Shown here: in pieces, positions 14,495 through 25,173 of the stretch
Numbering within the stretch: position 1 is the first letter of the stretch
Layout: each line of letters opens with the position of its first letter
Source of the DNA: Vermamoeba vermiformis
Lineage: Eukaryota
DNA length: 64,000 bases
Direction of reading: 5' to 3'
NCBI GenBank assembly: GCA_045837725.1
Contig: JBEWZL010000272.1
Coordinates: forward strand, 310,001 to 374,000
Position numbers and translations under genes: made by a program
Notes under the pieces: generated by a model
Told to the model about the DNA's origin: nothing
Databases searched by the model: none
What the model saw: the letters and a program-made list of their open reading frames with translations, nothing else

Positions 14495-16649
14495 ATGAAT
14501 TTCAACACGGAAGCCAGTAAGTCATATTCTTATATGCTATTACAAAGCTAATGATAGCGCTTAGAGGTGTTTCCTAATTTTATCAAGACAAAACCAGCTC
14601 TGGATGATAATCATGACGATAAAATATTTTCTACGACAGAGAATCGATCGTAAGTATTAATGCAAGACCTAATTATAGCAAAGTACAGTTACAAATCAAG
14701 CAAAAAATATTTTTTGTATTTTGTATTGACACGCTTTTAGATTTCCAAAAGAGCTGTTGTTCAGTCAAGCCACAGGCTTAGTATCGAAGAAATTTTCAAA
14801 GAATATTCGAAAGAAGTTATTAACTTCCTACAATTTGGTACGTCATGAGATCCTCATTCTCGTCTTCTTACCGCTTAATAGGACGGATTTATTGAAGAAA
14901 TGGAATCTCACGAGACATTCGATAAGTACGTATAAATATGCCTGGGCAAGCCCTTGAACTAATGAGATCTAGGCCTTACGTTTCGGATCTTGCCTTCGAT
15001 AATGTTGGTGAGCTATTTGTATCCGCCAGTACCTCAGGAGTGATCGAAATATTCAATTTTTACCAATACTTGCAATCTTCGCACCGATTCCGACGTTCTA
15101 CGGCTTACAAAAGTACCATTCAAGAGTTGCAGGCAGCACAGTTACAAGCGAGCCAGATCCGTTCCAAGAAACGAAAACGTGAATATGACGATGACGAACA
15201 CGTTGCAAAGAGACCTAAAAGCGAGTCTATAGTACGAATGCAACGGCTATTGGATTTGTACAATAGACCTACTATCGCAAATGAGGACAAAGAAAACAAT
15301 CAAAATCTGTTCAATTTGCGTGGAAATAGCAACCAAAATTCTGCAACAGATATTATATACGATGATATAATGGACGTTGATGAGCCCACGCCTAAAGAAA
15401 CATTTCAAGCCAAAAGTTTGCAACGACAAATCACTGCCTTGCAAGAACGGCTCAAATTTAAGTACACAGAGCCCTCGATTACTTATCAGACGTAAGTGCC
15501 ATATATTTTAATGAAGAAATGGTACTTATAATAATATAGGAGGTACAAGGCGAGCAGTGTTCGGTGGAGTCCTGCGAACCAAGATCTAATGTTCACTGGC
15601 TTTCTTAATTACAACAAAATTTTCGTGTAAGCACGTATATCGTGTTCTATTATGCATTATTTAACACTTTGGTAGCTATGATATTGCCCTGGACATACCA
15701 GATCCAGTTGGTCAGTTTAGCACCCCTGGTTCCGGCACCAATGACTTAGCTTTCTTACCAAGTATGATATATATTTTATAGATGCCGAGTATTGATATAT
15801 TTTTAGATCGAGAGAACGGAGTATTTGCAGGAGGAAGAGACGGAGTGCTCCGAATGTACGATCAGAACTCGCAGTTCGATCGACCGAGCATGTCTTTCAC
15901 AGCACCGAATCAAGCCAATGCTATTAATAGTATCGAGCCGGCGATAGATGGAAACAAAATATATCTAGTGCATCCTGAGTAAGTTCAAGCATAAGTCTAA
16001 AATATGCAGTAAAGTAGCGGATCTGATCTATTAATCTTTAGTTCTTCGGCAACGATTTGGGACATTAGAATAGCACAGAGGCCAGTAGATGTATTATCAA
16101 TGACTTCTATAATGTTCAAAGCGATATACCCTGTCGTAAGTATTTTTAGCATCGTTCGATCTGGATCGGATCACTGATTAGCTGCCATTTTAGAGTCGAC
16201 CAGGACAATTGCTATCAATCAAATCAGTACCCTATGACGATCAGTTGTTGGCAGTGGGCATGGGAAACTGTAGTGGTATTCTAAATCTCGTCACGAAACA
16301 GTTCAAGTCCTGTGGATTGCTGAAAAAAGACACTGAAGCAACTGCTGGCGAATCATTTTTACGAGGCAGATCTGGCTTTTATGGTGACTTGTTCTACACT
16401 ACAGACCCACGTCATGATACGATAACCTATTACGGTAAGTCTACTTGCCAAGTCCTTCATCTTGAGACTAGCGTTAACCTTATCATAGATTTTCCAACCA
16501 ATCGAATCTCCAAGCCGTTCGCATCCGTTCGTGCATCTGGAAACATTACAGCAACTGCGAGACATCCAAAGTTCAATTTTGTATTGGCCGGTCTTGACGA
16601 TAATAGTACTGATGTACTAGGAGCCGTTCATTCTGAAGTGCAATTGTAA
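14495..16649 (+). CDS. WD40-repeat protein with a probable NLS
   Basis: Blade motifs VSDLAFDNVGELFVSASTSGVIEIFN, AGGRDGVLRMYD, ATIWDIR and ITATARHPKFNFVLAG; basic patch RSKKRKR; canonical introns. Confidence 0.75.
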
Positions 16650-16741
16650 ATACAAAGCGTATTTTTTAATTTCGCGGTTTTTTTTATTGCCGATCTGGCG
16701 AACACCACTGGACTAGCGCAGTCTATTTACGTTAACGCAAT

Positions 16742-18590
16742 ATGTTTTCTAGAACGGTAAGCAGTTTTGGTGGCCATTGTTCACTAAATAGTGAAACTGA
16801 ATTCACAATTTTTCAGCTCGCATCTAGATCTGCGCTAGCTCGCCTTCTAAAAAGTTCTAAAAAGGTAATTAAATACCATATAGTGATACTTATGTAAATT
16901 ATGCGTGCGAATCCTTATAATAATTGTGGTGCGATTTTTAAAAATAATTTTTAATTGTAGATCCAAGAAACAATACAGCTACGCCACTACTCGAAGAATA
17001 AAGGCAAAGAATATGTAGATAAAATAGTCAAGTTTGATTATAATAAGAAATACTTCGCTAATACGCCAATCGTATTGCAACGGTTTCCAGATGCCAGAGT
17101 AAGTTCACTTAATTAACGTATTATCAATATTTACCTCGTAAATGATGTTAAAAACAAATTTATAGCATTATATTTTGTATAAATCTGTCATAATTAACGA
17201 GATCTGATGTTTAGGGTCGAGTTCTATTCGCGAAGGAACGGATCGCAGCAGGACAAGTCATTTTAATTTCAAAGCCATATGCAATGACTGTGATAGATAA
17301 CTACAAGTCACAAGTATGCAGTAAATGTCATAATAAGCTCGAACTGGCCGAAGAAGTTATTCCAAGGTACGTCTGGATCCAAACAAAACCGACTAAACTT
17401 AAAAATAGCCCTTACTATTATTATTTATATATTACTATCATATGGATAATTTAATAATAGTACTGATTAATGGTTTATTAAAATAGCAAGTTTGTCAAGT
17501 CCCGTCAATATTGCTGTCGCCATTGTTACGAATCATCGGAATTATTGGATTTTTTAGAAGCGAAACCATTAAAGAGACTCAATATGATGCCTAAAAATTT
17601 CTTAAGACAAGCTGCTGGTGATAGGCAAGTAAAATTAGATCCAGATCTATTTTTGCATCCGAAAATTTTCTTGTTCTAACGACGTTATTTGTTACAGCAA
17701 GGATACGGCGGAATTAATTCTGAGAATTTTAACGAGAAAATTTATCGAAGAAAGACCGCGCTTGAATTTTAAGAATATTCCGTTGCCTCCAAAACTGACT
17801 GACGATGCAAAACCAAATGTCAATAATGACACTTCGGATCTGATTCAAGCATCGAACAAATCTAATTTTGGCGGGAAAAATGGAAGCAATAAAGAACCCT
17901 TATTCGAAGATGGATTAACTTACGAAGACGTTGAACGGTATGAAAAAGAAATGGATCTAGTTTCACATGAATTCTCTAATTATTTTACATAGACTAGTAG
18001 CTAATATGAGCACTGTACCTGAAAAAAGAGAAGATGAAACTGAAGAAATTGTAAAAGCTTTGCATCAGTGCATGGATCCGCGCATGTTAATCTCCGACGA
18101 TGAAATTCGCGAACTCGTTTGCAGAATTGATTGCAACAGCTTTGAAATCGATAAATACGAAAAAAGAATATTAATGGAGCAAGATGTTCCGGATAATAGT
18201 GTTCCTAAGCCAACCGATGTATCTTCTGGTCATGGGTACGACATCCAGATCCGGATCTGTCACAGATCTAACGATATTATTATAGGCTGTATTTAACAGC
18301 GTCATATTTTAATCATTCGTGTACGCCAAACTGCAAATTTTATCACGACATGGACTGCAATCTTGTCATCGAATCACGGCGAGTAATTGATGCGGGTAAG
18401 AAGATCAAATTAGACATTAAAATGGCTAGATATTGATGGTTTTGGTATTATAGGTGAAGAATTGACTATATCGTATGGTCTTGGCGTAAATGGCAATGAA
18501 GAAATTGATGAAATTCGAGACATTTGCAAGCGAGAAGTTCAAAAGACATTCAGATTCAGTTGTAATTGCACTACAACGAAGAAAAATTAA
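16742..18590 (+). CDS. SET/MYND (SMYD-like) lysine methyltransferase with a putative mitochondrial presequence
   Basis: GRVLFAKERIAAGQVILISKP, CSKC...YCCRHC, RIDCNSF, FNHSCTPNC, GEELTISY and post-SET FRFSCNC. Confidence 0.85.
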
Positions 18591-18835
18591 TATCCTTTGT
18601 ACAAAAAAGGCTATTCGATCGAAATCGCGTAATAGAACCAAACCCCAACCCTTAAGCAAGTATTGCAGACCTATCAAGTCAAATGCGGCTTCCTAAAATG
18701 GTAATAAAACTGAATCGCCCTCGATATTATGCTTAATACGATAATATTATCAGTAAAAACTGTATTCTTGTAAAGCTATCTTCTATCTACATTTTATTTC
18801 AGGGTTTGTTTTTAAGGTACATTTGAGGTCCTCGT

Positions 18836-19054
18836 TTAAGCGTGCTTAGCTTGTTCCTTGTAGTGATCGGCCTTGACACCAGAGACAGTTTCTTTGACCT
18901 TCTCGCTGATGGCATGACCGCCAGCTTCAACGCGCTCAGTGGCGGATCTGTTCGAGTCCATGGCTCGATCCTTCGCAGATTCGGCTTGAGCGTGGTGACC
19001 TATCTCAGAGACTTTGTTGGTAACGGCGTTAGCGGCGTTCTTAATGGTTTCCAT
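18836..19054 (-). CDS. 72-aa LEA-like hydrophilin resembling the fungal glucose-repressible Grg1/ccg-1 family
   Basis: METIKNAANAVTNKV...ESAKDRAMDSN..A..RVEAGGHAISEKVKE...KADHYKEQA follows the Grg1 pattern as I recall it; single exon with biased codon use. Confidence 0.7.
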   Translation of the reverse strand: METIKNAANAVTNKVSEIGHHAQAESAKDRAMDSNRSATERVEAGGHAISEKVKETVSGVKADHYKEQAKHA

Positions 19055-19595
19055 TGTTGTTGTTGAGTGTTTTGATTGGTTTTGTTGAATGAATCGAAAC
19101 GACAGCGTTGTCTTTTTATATTTTCGATTCTTTCCGTTGCATAAGCCATAATTGGTAATCCATAGTTATTTCCCTCGAGTTCTACGAGAATTGCACCACG
19201 AAGAGACATCAAAAGCACGTGCTGTCAAAACTGCTCGACATCCACTCGAGTTTTCGATTGAACTTCGGCCCACAGTTATGTTATTTGTTGCTCATTTGTA
19301 CAAGGACATCACAGCCACAACTCTCTTACCGTCGTACGGTATTGGGAAGCTATGAGATGTCAGCCGGATTTTACGTTCAGGATGCGTGTTTACCAGGTGC
19401 TGCACTCTTCAAAGGCAAAACCCCTTTAACGTGAATTTTGACATATTAATTAATTGTTTGGTTTGAGCAATGTCGCGCTACTACAAGCTCCGACAAGTGC
19501 AATAACAAAAGATATTCCAAACGGTTTGTTATTTCGAATTTTCTGGTCGTAGAGTAGAGGACATATTATAATATATTACTCTTTATGTACATAAT

Positions 19596-21073
19596 ATGAT
19601 GGAGTTGCTGGGAGACGATGTAATTTATGAATTAACGTGTTGGATGTCTGTCAAGGAGCTGCTAGCATTCGGGCAAACAAATAAGCGATTTTTAAATATA
19701 ACTAGCGATGAACACTTGTGGTATGTATTATAGATAATTAATAGAAAGGCTTGGAATGGAATTCTAATTTTTTTAAATTTCTTTTTTAAAAATCAAATAT
19801 CCAGAGCCAAGCTTGATTTAAATAGCACCATATAATACTAAAATAGCCCTTATTTTATTTATTACAATAAATAATATCGCAGAATTTGTTTTTTTCTTAA
19901 CCTTGTTGATGTCTCCTTGGTCCAAATACTTAACTAATGTTCTCTCAATACAAATAGGAGGAAATATGAAGATAAATTAATGCACGAGATATATACACCG
20001 GGTGAAGATGAAGAACCTTTTCCTGATGAATTCAAATCCGAAACGATGAAAACTCGGATTCGATTTCTGACCAATTGGAACGATTACAGGTACCTAAATA
20101 TACTTGATTATATTTTATATGTCCTTATACTTCTTCGTTATAGTAAAGAAAATGGTACAGCACTTGCAAGTATACGCGATTGGGCTTATTATGTTAAACG
20201 ACCATTGTGGGGACTGGATCTGCTCATTAGGACTCTTTTTCGCGATGATATTATTATCAATAGGTATAATATATATTATATGTCCAATTCAAACGTCTAA
20301 AATTTCCTTTTCTCGTCAGAACGGATCAAAGTAATGTACCAGCTAAATCTGGATCAAGCCTCATGGAATCTTTTCTCGACGATTAAATATGTATATGATA
20401 CTGAAGGCATTGGTGGCTATTTTTCAGGCTGGCCATATCGCCTAATGCTGGTGGCTCCGTTTTTAGTTGGCGGATCTTTTCGTCGTTATTCAGTTTTGAC
20501 AATTTATTTTTCTTCTGGCCTGGAATTAAGAACGCAATTAGGATATCATATAGATAGTTATCTTAATTTCGTTACCAATATCGCCGTTCTCCTGTTTCTA
20601 AGTAAGATTTCGAAATTTTTTGTCGGATTTGATCTTCAAAACTAATCTGATATGATGCAGGTGCATTCTTGAACAAAAGATTAAGAGGTTTTAAGCAAAA
20701 AATGGCGCTTTCACCTTCAATATTCTCAAGGGATAATATTCTTAAGCACGTAAGTTGAAAATTTCGATCCAGATCTCTTGGTGCCTAATTTTTTTATATT
20801 TTTCTGCAGATTTTTATCTATTTAAATGAAACTATAGCTTTGTATATGCAATGTTGCCAATTCAACGCATTCCAAGCCATATTCAACTTCATTTGGTCCT
20901 TGTTCTCGCGGATGTGGCTTGGCTTTGCGCTTTACGGCGTTAGACTACTCGTACAAAAGGCTCAATATGAAGCGATTAAATATAAATCAAAATTATCCGA
21001 TATTGAGAAGGAAAAGAAGATCTACAAAAAGTACTTGAACAAACCTTTTCAAATTAAGAAATTACGGGTCTGA
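19596..21073 (+). CDS. F-box protein with a multi-pass membrane C-terminal region
   Basis: MMELLGDDVIYELTCWMSVKELLAFGQTNKRF...DEHLW F-box, later hydrophobic helices, and TIKYVYDTEGIGGYFSGW. Confidence 0.65.
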
Positions 21074-21304
21074 AAATAAAACACGAATACTGGTTACGGC
21101 TCATATGACGTAACTTGCATATTAAATAACAATATACTTATCTTACAGCGCTTAAAATAGACGAATGGGCACGAAAAATTCTGATTACCATACTAGGAAA
21201 GAATTTCTTCTTAGTGACCCGGGTCCATCCGGTCGCAAAGCTTTTCGGCAATGTCACGATGAATAATTTAATATAAGATGAGCCTTTATTACTAATAATA
21301 ATTC

Positions 21305-22379
21305 TTAAAGCAAAAGAACGAATCCGGCTGCTAACGAGAAAATTCCGGCAACGACTGAAGATCCCGCTGCTACTTTGCCTTTAGGAGTGGCTGTCGGAGT
21401 GGTAGAAGCAACAGGCGCAGTAGGAGCTGTAGGAATATTAGAACCAGTTGGAGAATCAGAAGGCGGATTTGATGCGATCGGGACAGTGGGTGGATTCGAA
21501 TCAATAGGAGGATTTGATACTATAGGCGTACCTGTAGGAGTATTTTGAGCAACAGGACTGGCTACTGGAGCTGCGGTGGTGGGTGCTGCGGTTGGCGGGG
21601 TTGCGCAAAAATTTTGACCCAAAAGACTATCGCTAACAGCGCACTGAGCCGAGGTAAACTGGTAATTATAGTTGTATGCACATGCAACGCTAAGACCAAA
21701 GTCAAAAGAGACGCCAGTGTTGTCGCATTTGGAGATCAAAAAAGTGGCCCATCCGTTGTTTGCAAGAGGAGCCGCAACGCACGTAGATAGTTGGCCTATA
21801 AAATAATAAATTGTTAATTTGGAGCATCAAAATATTAAAGTTTGGAACTAGACTAGCTTGTTTTGCGTGTCACATCCTTAAATTTTTTTTTTGACGGTTT
21901 AATTCAACGTACCTCCATATAAATTTAACCTATTGCAGTCGGCAGTGTTCGTAGACGAAAGGTGACCGAAGTAAGGAAAGCCCATAGAGTTGAAATTCGG
22001 ATCGAGGGTACTCGAGTTATCGTAAGTGTAGTAGATGGAGTACGAGGAGTCCGCTAAGGTGCAATTGATAGTGCGATTACCCACGGAGTCACCAGCAGGC
22101 TATAAAAAGAATTAAGCATCAGTTTGAACTAAAGCGGTTGGATTTTAACCGGATGCCAAAAAACAAAATCTTTGAAAAAATTTAACGTTTGCAAAAATCA
22201 TGAATCTCCAATATTTATAATCATTTAGCAATACTTACATCTATCCAAGCGAATCCAATTTGGTTAGCGCTGGCACAATCTGATGAAGAATACATCCGGT
22301 AAAGTCCTCCGTTTCCTGCAGCAGCGACTAAGCCTACGCAAGCCAATAATAAAGCAGATACGACTACTGATGCTTTCAT
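21305..22379 (-). CDS. Secreted, probably GPI-anchored, Cys-containing surface protein with a Pro/Thr/Ser-rich stalk
   Basis: Signal peptide MKASVVVSALLLACVGLVAA, 3 exons, P/T/S-rich linker and terminal hydrophobic tail. Confidence 0.8.
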
Positions 22380-22657
22380 GGTGTTGATAGTTAAAGATAC
22401 TTCGGCTAAATAAAATTGAACGTTTAAAAGCTTAGCGAGCACGTGGTATTTTTCAGGAACGTAAAGTTTCTTAAAAGACGCGTTTTTAAATGAATATAAG
22501 CTACGTATTATGAATAAGATCACAATCAAGAATTATGTTATTCACTTCTTATATGAAAATAATACCCGGTATACTTTTGTAAAGGCATGCAAGATCTGCT
22601 ATATACAGTTGCGTAACGTTTGCAAACATTATTAACCGCGTCATATTTAAGGAGAAT

Positions 22658-23607
22658 TATTGTTAACCGGGCTCAAATCCCCCCGTAAACCGTTTTATAA
22701 AACTGTTCAAATTAAATTTAAGTTTTGATTTTATGCAATTGTTTAATTTCCGAAGCGATTTAGAACTTTTTAATTTATTTTGTTGAAAGAATTCGATAAA
22801 TTAAAAATTTTAATAATAATTAAACATTTTAATTAATCAATACTGGCGGTGCGATGCATTGCCCTCGCCCGTTAGCAATAGTAATATCACACGTATTTAG
22901 GGAAGTATATAATATTTATTTAACGTTGCAATACAAATATACAGTACGATCAGCGGGACAGCTGTTGTGCACTTGTGAGTGTCAGTAGCGGTGGTAGGTT
23001 CACTTACCCAAGGCGCCGTGTATCGTGTGGTTTTGTGGCTTACTTCGTGATTAAACTTTGAAAAATGAACGGAAAAGATTCTGCGGTGACGTCAAGCTCC
23101 TTCCAAATATGGTCAAAATGGCCAAATTCATAGGAAATTCTTGTCCGAAAACTAGAATGACCAATCGTTAGCGAGCTTTGATTCGTTGTCACCGCAAGTC
23201 ATGTTTTTCATTGTCAAAGTCAGCACAAGCCACGTAGCCACACGACGCACTGCACTTGGGTAAGTTTATCGCTAATGACACACGAGCAAGCAGAGCAACC
23301 AGCCGCCTTGAACTGTCGTACTGTGCATTGTAATTGCAACGCTAAATAAAATTACGTTCACTAAATACTAGTGTCTTATTCACTGAAGCCACGTGCCGAA
23401 CGTGACCGCGAGCACCGCTGGTATCAATTAATTAAAATGTTTAATTATTATTAACATTTTAAATTTACAAATTCTTTCAATAAAATGTAGAAATCGAAGT
23501 TCTAAATCGCTTCGCAAATTAAACATTTGAATAAAATTAAAACTTTAATTTAATTTGAACAGTTTTATAAAACAGTTTACGGGGGGATTTGAGCCCGGTT
23601 AACAATA
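22658..23607. repeat. ~950-bp imperfect foldback palindrome (possible non-autonomous TIR/foldback element or inverted duplication)
   Basis: TATTGTTAACCGGGCTCAAATCCCCCCGTAAAC at 22658 is the exact reverse complement of the sequence ending at 23607. Complementarity continues inward in blocks to a ~40-nt centre near 23117-23157. Confidence 0.9.
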
Positions 23608-23666
23608 TGATAATTTTTAAATACGCTAATAAATTATTTTAATTTTCAAGTGTCAACAAGTTTCAA

Positions 23667-24962
23667 TTAAATCAACAAATCCAGAATGGATTGTGACACG
23701 TCAATAATATTTTGCACCGCTGTAGCATAATCTAATACGCTCCTGCCACTACTATTCTTGAGCATCACATTGGCCTTTTTTTCCTGAACAAGAAATTTCA
23801 CAATGGATCTTAAGTCAAATCCGACTTTCAATTTTTCTCCAGGCGGTTTGTTAATAAGCTCGTCATTGACCACCGCTAATAACATATGCAATGGTGTAAA
23901 TTTGTCAGGTGTAGTTTGTGCATTGACTTCTGCTCCATATTCAAACAACAATCGGATTTGCTCCAAATCCGGTCTCGCGACACTTATGCCACTCCGACCA
24001 AGCCTTAAACAAGCTATATGAAGTGCTGTAACATCATTTTGTTCGTTTTTGAACGCTAATGGGTTCGTATAATATTTCAAGCAAAAACTAGGGCTGATCC
24101 AAAAAGCCATCTTTGCGCAGGATCCAACGCGCAATAATAATCTCTTGAGCACCTCTGCTTGACGAGTATAACGCATATTTAAATAAGCACATGCTGCATG
24201 AATAGGCGATAATTCTCCTGAGCATCCATGAATCAGTACATCCGCGCCACCGATCACATCCAACGCAATTCCATTAACGTTTAATAATCGATCAATAGCA
24301 TCGTACCACCCCATATAGGCCACACTGATTATAGGCCAGGCTAATCTATACTGAATAAGCTCGTAAATAGGTTTGTAATCGCCTTCAAGTGCCGGAATGT
24401 TGGGATCTGCTCCAGCGGCCAATAATTCTTCTAATAACGTAATTTGGTATGTACCTCCTTCTGAAAATGGTGCACTATAATGACATAAATGGAATAATAT
24501 TGTTCCGTGGAGTCGAGGAGTGGTCTGGTATTGAAAATAAATCATATTGATGTTCGGGATCTTCTTCAAATATTCTCGAATTTGTAGTCTTTGTTCTTCA
24601 ATAGGCAGTGCTATTATAGGACTTGTAATATATTTAACTTCATAGTACGGAAACAGAATTCCTTGTTCGACCAGTTCCCGGGCCACATCCACTGCTTCTT
24701 GCGGATTAGATTCGAACTGATAAGCCGATGAAATTGCGTTGACTATAGTCCGCCAATTAAGGTTTCTATCTTTAGAATACGCCAGCTTTGGATGTAATTC
24801 AATAGCCAATGATTTGAAAATAGATTGCAGATCTACTTGGTTAAATCGTTGGCACGTTGCAAAAAAATTAAATAATTCTTTCACTGCTTTTCTTGCATCA
24901 TAAATATCCTCTATTAAATACGAGACTATTTTTGAAATTAATTCTGTTGGTAGATCCTCCAT
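23667..24962 (-). CDS. Intronless F-box + ankyrin-repeat protein
   Basis: MEDLPTELISKIVSYL F-box; ankyrin motifs LLAAGADPN, SPIHAAC, TALHIAC...LFEYGAEVNAQ and TPLHML; one uninterrupted ORF. Confidence 0.85.
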   Translation of the reverse strand: MEDLPTELISKIVSYLIEDIYDARKAVKELFNFFATCQRFNQVDLQSIFKSLAIELHPKLAYSKDRNLNWRTIVNAISSAYQFESNPQEAVDVARELVEQGILFPYYEVKYITSPIIALPIEEQRLQIREYLKKIPNINMIYFQYQTTPRLHGTILFHLCHYSAPFSEGGTYQITLLEELLAAGADPNIPALEGDYKPIYELIQYRLAWPIISVAYMGWYDAIDRLLNVNGIALDVIGGADVLIHGCSGELSPIHAACAYLNMRYTRQAEVLKRLLLRVGSCAKMAFWISPSFCLKYYTNPLAFKNEQNDVTALHIACLRLGRSGISVARPDLEQIRLLFEYGAEVNAQTTPDKFTPLHMLLAVVNDELINKPPGEKLKVGFDLRSIVKFLVQEKKANVMLKNSSGRSVLDYATAVQNIIDVSQSILDLLI

Positions 24963-25173
24963 TTTGTCCTGCCTTTCGCCCCGTTTTATTCTTATTGTAC
25001 CCAAGTATAATCGATTTCTAAGAATTATATAAATATGAAGCTTTAATAAGTAGCGTGTTGTGGTGCTGTTGTTAAAGCATAATTTCTATCAATTAAAATT
25101 TCTTGCGCTTTAAATTAAACTTAATTGTTTATGAAAATTATTACAAACGGAACTTTACAGTTCAACAAACAAA

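Noticed and set aside
22669-22682. GGGCTCAAATCCC resembling a tRNA T-arm or B-box
   Set aside because: No cloverleaf, A-box or acceptor stem; it is part of the foldback terminus.
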